Made by a program: the position numbers and the translations under genes
The notes under the pieces: model-generated
Told to the model about the DNA's origin: nothing
What the model saw: only the letters and a program-made list of their open reading frames with translations
Database searches by the model: none
From: Candidatus Marinacidobacterales bacterium
Lineage (GTDB): Bacteria > Acidobacteriota > Vicinamibacteria > Marinacidobacterales > DATDRI01
Assembly (NCBI GenBank): GCA_965219415.1
Contig: CBDCNP010000002.1
Span: 3,904,001 to 3,968,000, forward strand
Reading direction: 5' to 3'
Length of the DNA: 64,000 nucleotides
Shown: piece after piece, positions 61,640-64,000 of the stretch
Layout of the letters: every line of letters begins with the position of its first letter
How positions within the stretch are numbered: position 1 is the first letter of the stretch

Positions 61640-62757
61640 GCATCCTCTTGAGGAGAGCGATCGAGGACAGGAAAGCCGCCAACGCACTGCGGGCTCTGAC
61701 CCTGCCCGGCGACCGCATCGATTTCTGTTCGAACGACTACCTCGGTTTCGCACGTTCCCCTCGGCTTCGCAGCATGGTGCAGAAACGGTATGCCCGTCGC
61801 GGAAACAGCTTCCTGGGTTCCACCGGCTCGCGTCTGATCAGCGGAAATTCAGAACTCTGCGAATCGGTAGAAGAACGGATTGCCGATTTTCACGGGGCCG
61901 AAGCTGGCCTGGTCTTCAACTCCGGCTACGATGCTAACCTTGGCTTGATCTCCTCCGTGCCGCAACGCTCGGATACGGTCCTGTACGACGAGTTCGTGCA
62001 CGCCTCGATCCGTGACGGCCTCCGCTTGACATTTGCCAGGTCTTACTCGTTTCGCCACAACGATCTCAATGACCTGAAGCAAAAGATAGGCCTCGGTCGA
62101 GGGCAAGTCTTCGTCGTCGTCGAGTCGATCTACTCGATGGATGGCGACGCCGCGCCCTTATCGGAAATGGCAAAGCTCTGTCGGGAGCGCGGTTGTCACT
62201 TGATCGTGGACGAGGCGCACGCGACGGGAATCTTCGGCCCCGGTGGGCGCGGCAGAATCGCCGAGCTCGACCTCACGGACCAGGTCTTCGCCCGCGTCCA
62301 TACGTTCGGAAAAGCGTTGGGAAGCCATGGCGCCATCGTCCTCGGTTCCGACACCCTTCGGACGTTCCTCATCAACTTTGCGCGCTCGTTCATCTACACC
62401 ACTTTCTTGCCCCCCCACTGTCTTCTGGCCACAGAGTCTGCTTACGAAATGCTCGGCGAATCCCAGGGGCTCATCGAGAAACTGCACCGCAACATTCGGC
62501 TGTTTCGTTCGGGGATACAGGCGGAGCTCGGCAAGTACTTCATCGAGAGCGATAGTCCCATCCAGTGCGTGCTGATTTCGGGGAACGACCGCGTCAAACA
62601 GGTGGCCGGCTACTTGAAGGGCGAAGGCTTCGACGTGCGACCGATCCTGTCCCCGACGGTGCCACGGGGCAAAGAACGTTTGAGGGTTTGCGTCCATGCC
62701 TTCAACACACCGAACGACATTCAACGCCTGACCGAGTTCCTGAGCACCTGCCTCTAG
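61621..62757 (+). CDS. bioF: 8-amino-7-oxononanoate synthase
   Basis: [46 protein letters not shown]. Confidence 0.93.
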   Translation: MPDADLGILLRRAIEDRKAANALRALTLPGDRIDFCSNDYLGFARSPRLRSMVQKRYARRGNSFLGSTGSRLISGNSELCESVEERIADFHGAEAGLVFNSGYDANLGLISSVPQRSDTVLYDEFVHASIRDGLRLTFARSYSFRHNDLNDLKQKIGLGRGQVFVVVESIYSMDGDAAPLSEMAKLCRERGCHLIVDEAHATGIFGPGGRGRIAELDLTDQVFARVHTFGKALGSHGAIVLGSDTLRTFLINFARSFIYTTFLPPHCLLATESAYEMLGESQGLIEKLHRNIRLFRSGIQAELGKYFIESDSPIQCVLISGNDRVKQVAGYLKGEGFDVRPILSPTVPRGKERLRVCVHAFNTPNDIQRLTEFLSTCL

Positions 62758-62758
62758 G

Positions 62759-63140
62759 GGTTGTGCTCCGCAAAAAGTCAATCCAGCGTTGATTGCGCGG
62801 TCCAGACCTGCCATGATAAACTGCTTTGCGTCGATCGACCTGACGACGCCACCGGCGTCTTATGAATCATGTGACCGAGGATTCTAGGCTGGGAACAGCA
62901 GCAGATTCTCCTCGCCTTGATGATTCCTCTCGTGGTGATGGTAGACGACGTACTCCCTAAGCGCATGACGGAGCGACTTCTCGCCAAACAGGATGAGCTT
63001 CGAGAGACATTCCTCTTTGACTGACTTCACCCAGCGCTTCGCTAACGAGTTCAAATCCGGGCTCCGTGCAGGCAGCTTGACGGGCGCGACGCCAACCGCC
63101 TCGATGGTCCGGTGGAACGACTCGCAAAACTTCGAGTCCC
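62759..63140 (-). mobile_element. rve family C 3' remnant with end
   Basis: RDSKF..LPARSPDLN..VKEECL..HHERNHQG; end GGTTGTGCTCCGCAAAAAG. Confidence 0.85.
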
Positions 63141-63815
63141 GGATCGAAGGGATTGCCTGGAACACCGGCGCCCGTTGGCTCGAGAAGGCAGCCCAAGTGT
63201 GTCGTCGATTCAATCACAGAAGGATCGCCGGCTTCGCTGCCGAAGAGCTTCAAGCCGACGAGATTCGCACGTTCGTGGGCAACAAGAAGACGCCGAGTTG
63301 GGTCTTCGTTACGATCGAGGTCTGGTCTCGGCTCTGGCCATCGACGGTGACGGGAAGGCGAAGCTACCGGAACACTCACGCTCTGTTTCGCGACCTTTCG
63401 AAGCGGATGAATTTCGGACGTCTTCCCCTGATCGTCACGGATGGATTCGAATTCTACCAGAAGGTCATCCGTCGCTTCTTCGGGCCAGCGTGTCTTTACG
63501 GCCAGGTCCTCAAGACGCGCAGGAACGATCGTATCACCAAGGTCGAACGGAGAGCGCTGCACGGAGCCGCGTGGCGATTCGAAGACGCGCTCAATAACTC
63601 CGAGGACTCCTCGACATTGAACACGTCGTTCATCGAGCGGTTGAATCTGACCATCCGGCAAAGCTCGGCATACCTTTCGAGACGAACACTTTCCCACGCT
63701 CGCTCGACGGAGAGGCTCGATGAGCACATGGAGTTGCTCCGTTGCTATTACAACTTCGTCCGACCGCACGGAGCTCTGAAGTTCGGACGTGAGATCCGAA
63801 CTCCGGCTATGCAGG
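63137..63815 (+). mobile_element. IS1-family transposase internal fragment
   Basis: Near-identical to the reverse complement of 41509-42184; cut by IS5 copy 4. Confidence 0.88.
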
Positions 63816-64000
63816 TGCCTTGGTGCACAACTCCGATAGGGGCCGAGAGCTCGCTTGGCCCCGACTCCCATCATCCGATCATCTCGCTATCAGGCATCCC
63901 GAGCACCGTCATGGTGTTGAGAATCTTGCACCCGATCCTTGCCTCACCTCTCTGTGCCGCCAACCCTCTCGCTCGCATCGCTGAGCCCACGATAGCCTTG
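63816..64000 (-). mobile_element. IS5-family element, copy 4 (partial, runs off window)
   Basis: Right IR and transposase 3' end. Confidence 0.9.

Overview
A GC-rich bacterial window. Oar-type TonB-dependent receptors, a TolB-propeller amidohydrolase and a CotH protein suggest an Acidobacteriota-like organism (inference). It is a mosaic of cargo blocks separated by dense mobile-element debris. Cargo includes YyaL, two TonB-receptor/peptidase/amidohydrolase clusters, a polyamine-type ABC transporter cluster, a CotH protein and bioF. Mobile DNA includes three full and one partial IS5 (IS903-like) copy, several IS3, IS256, IS21 and IS1-family elements or remnants, MITEs and a group II intron 3' remnant. 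It also holds a poorly classified family of integrase-core (rve) elements whose ends recur throughout: nine copies of one left end with an IHF consensus, several sitting exactly where a neighbouring gene is cut. The best new-system candidates are four. (1) An autoregulated, apparently leaderless XRE plus conserved unknown protein operon (11500-12934), lying next to a decapitated dual-OB/DUF488/DUF488 module between two copies of a 166-bp MITE. (2) The rve end system itself, with a conserved non-coding segment, hybrid mini-elements and tandem ends. (3) A Tat-signal GatC-like partner of a signal-less amidase. (4) Other defence-like debris: an Avs2-like tail, a PD-(D/E)xK-like orphan and a solitary type I-E-like CRISPR repeat. 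All family calls come from motif recognition by eye; no searches were run. Some single-base indels may be sequencing errors.
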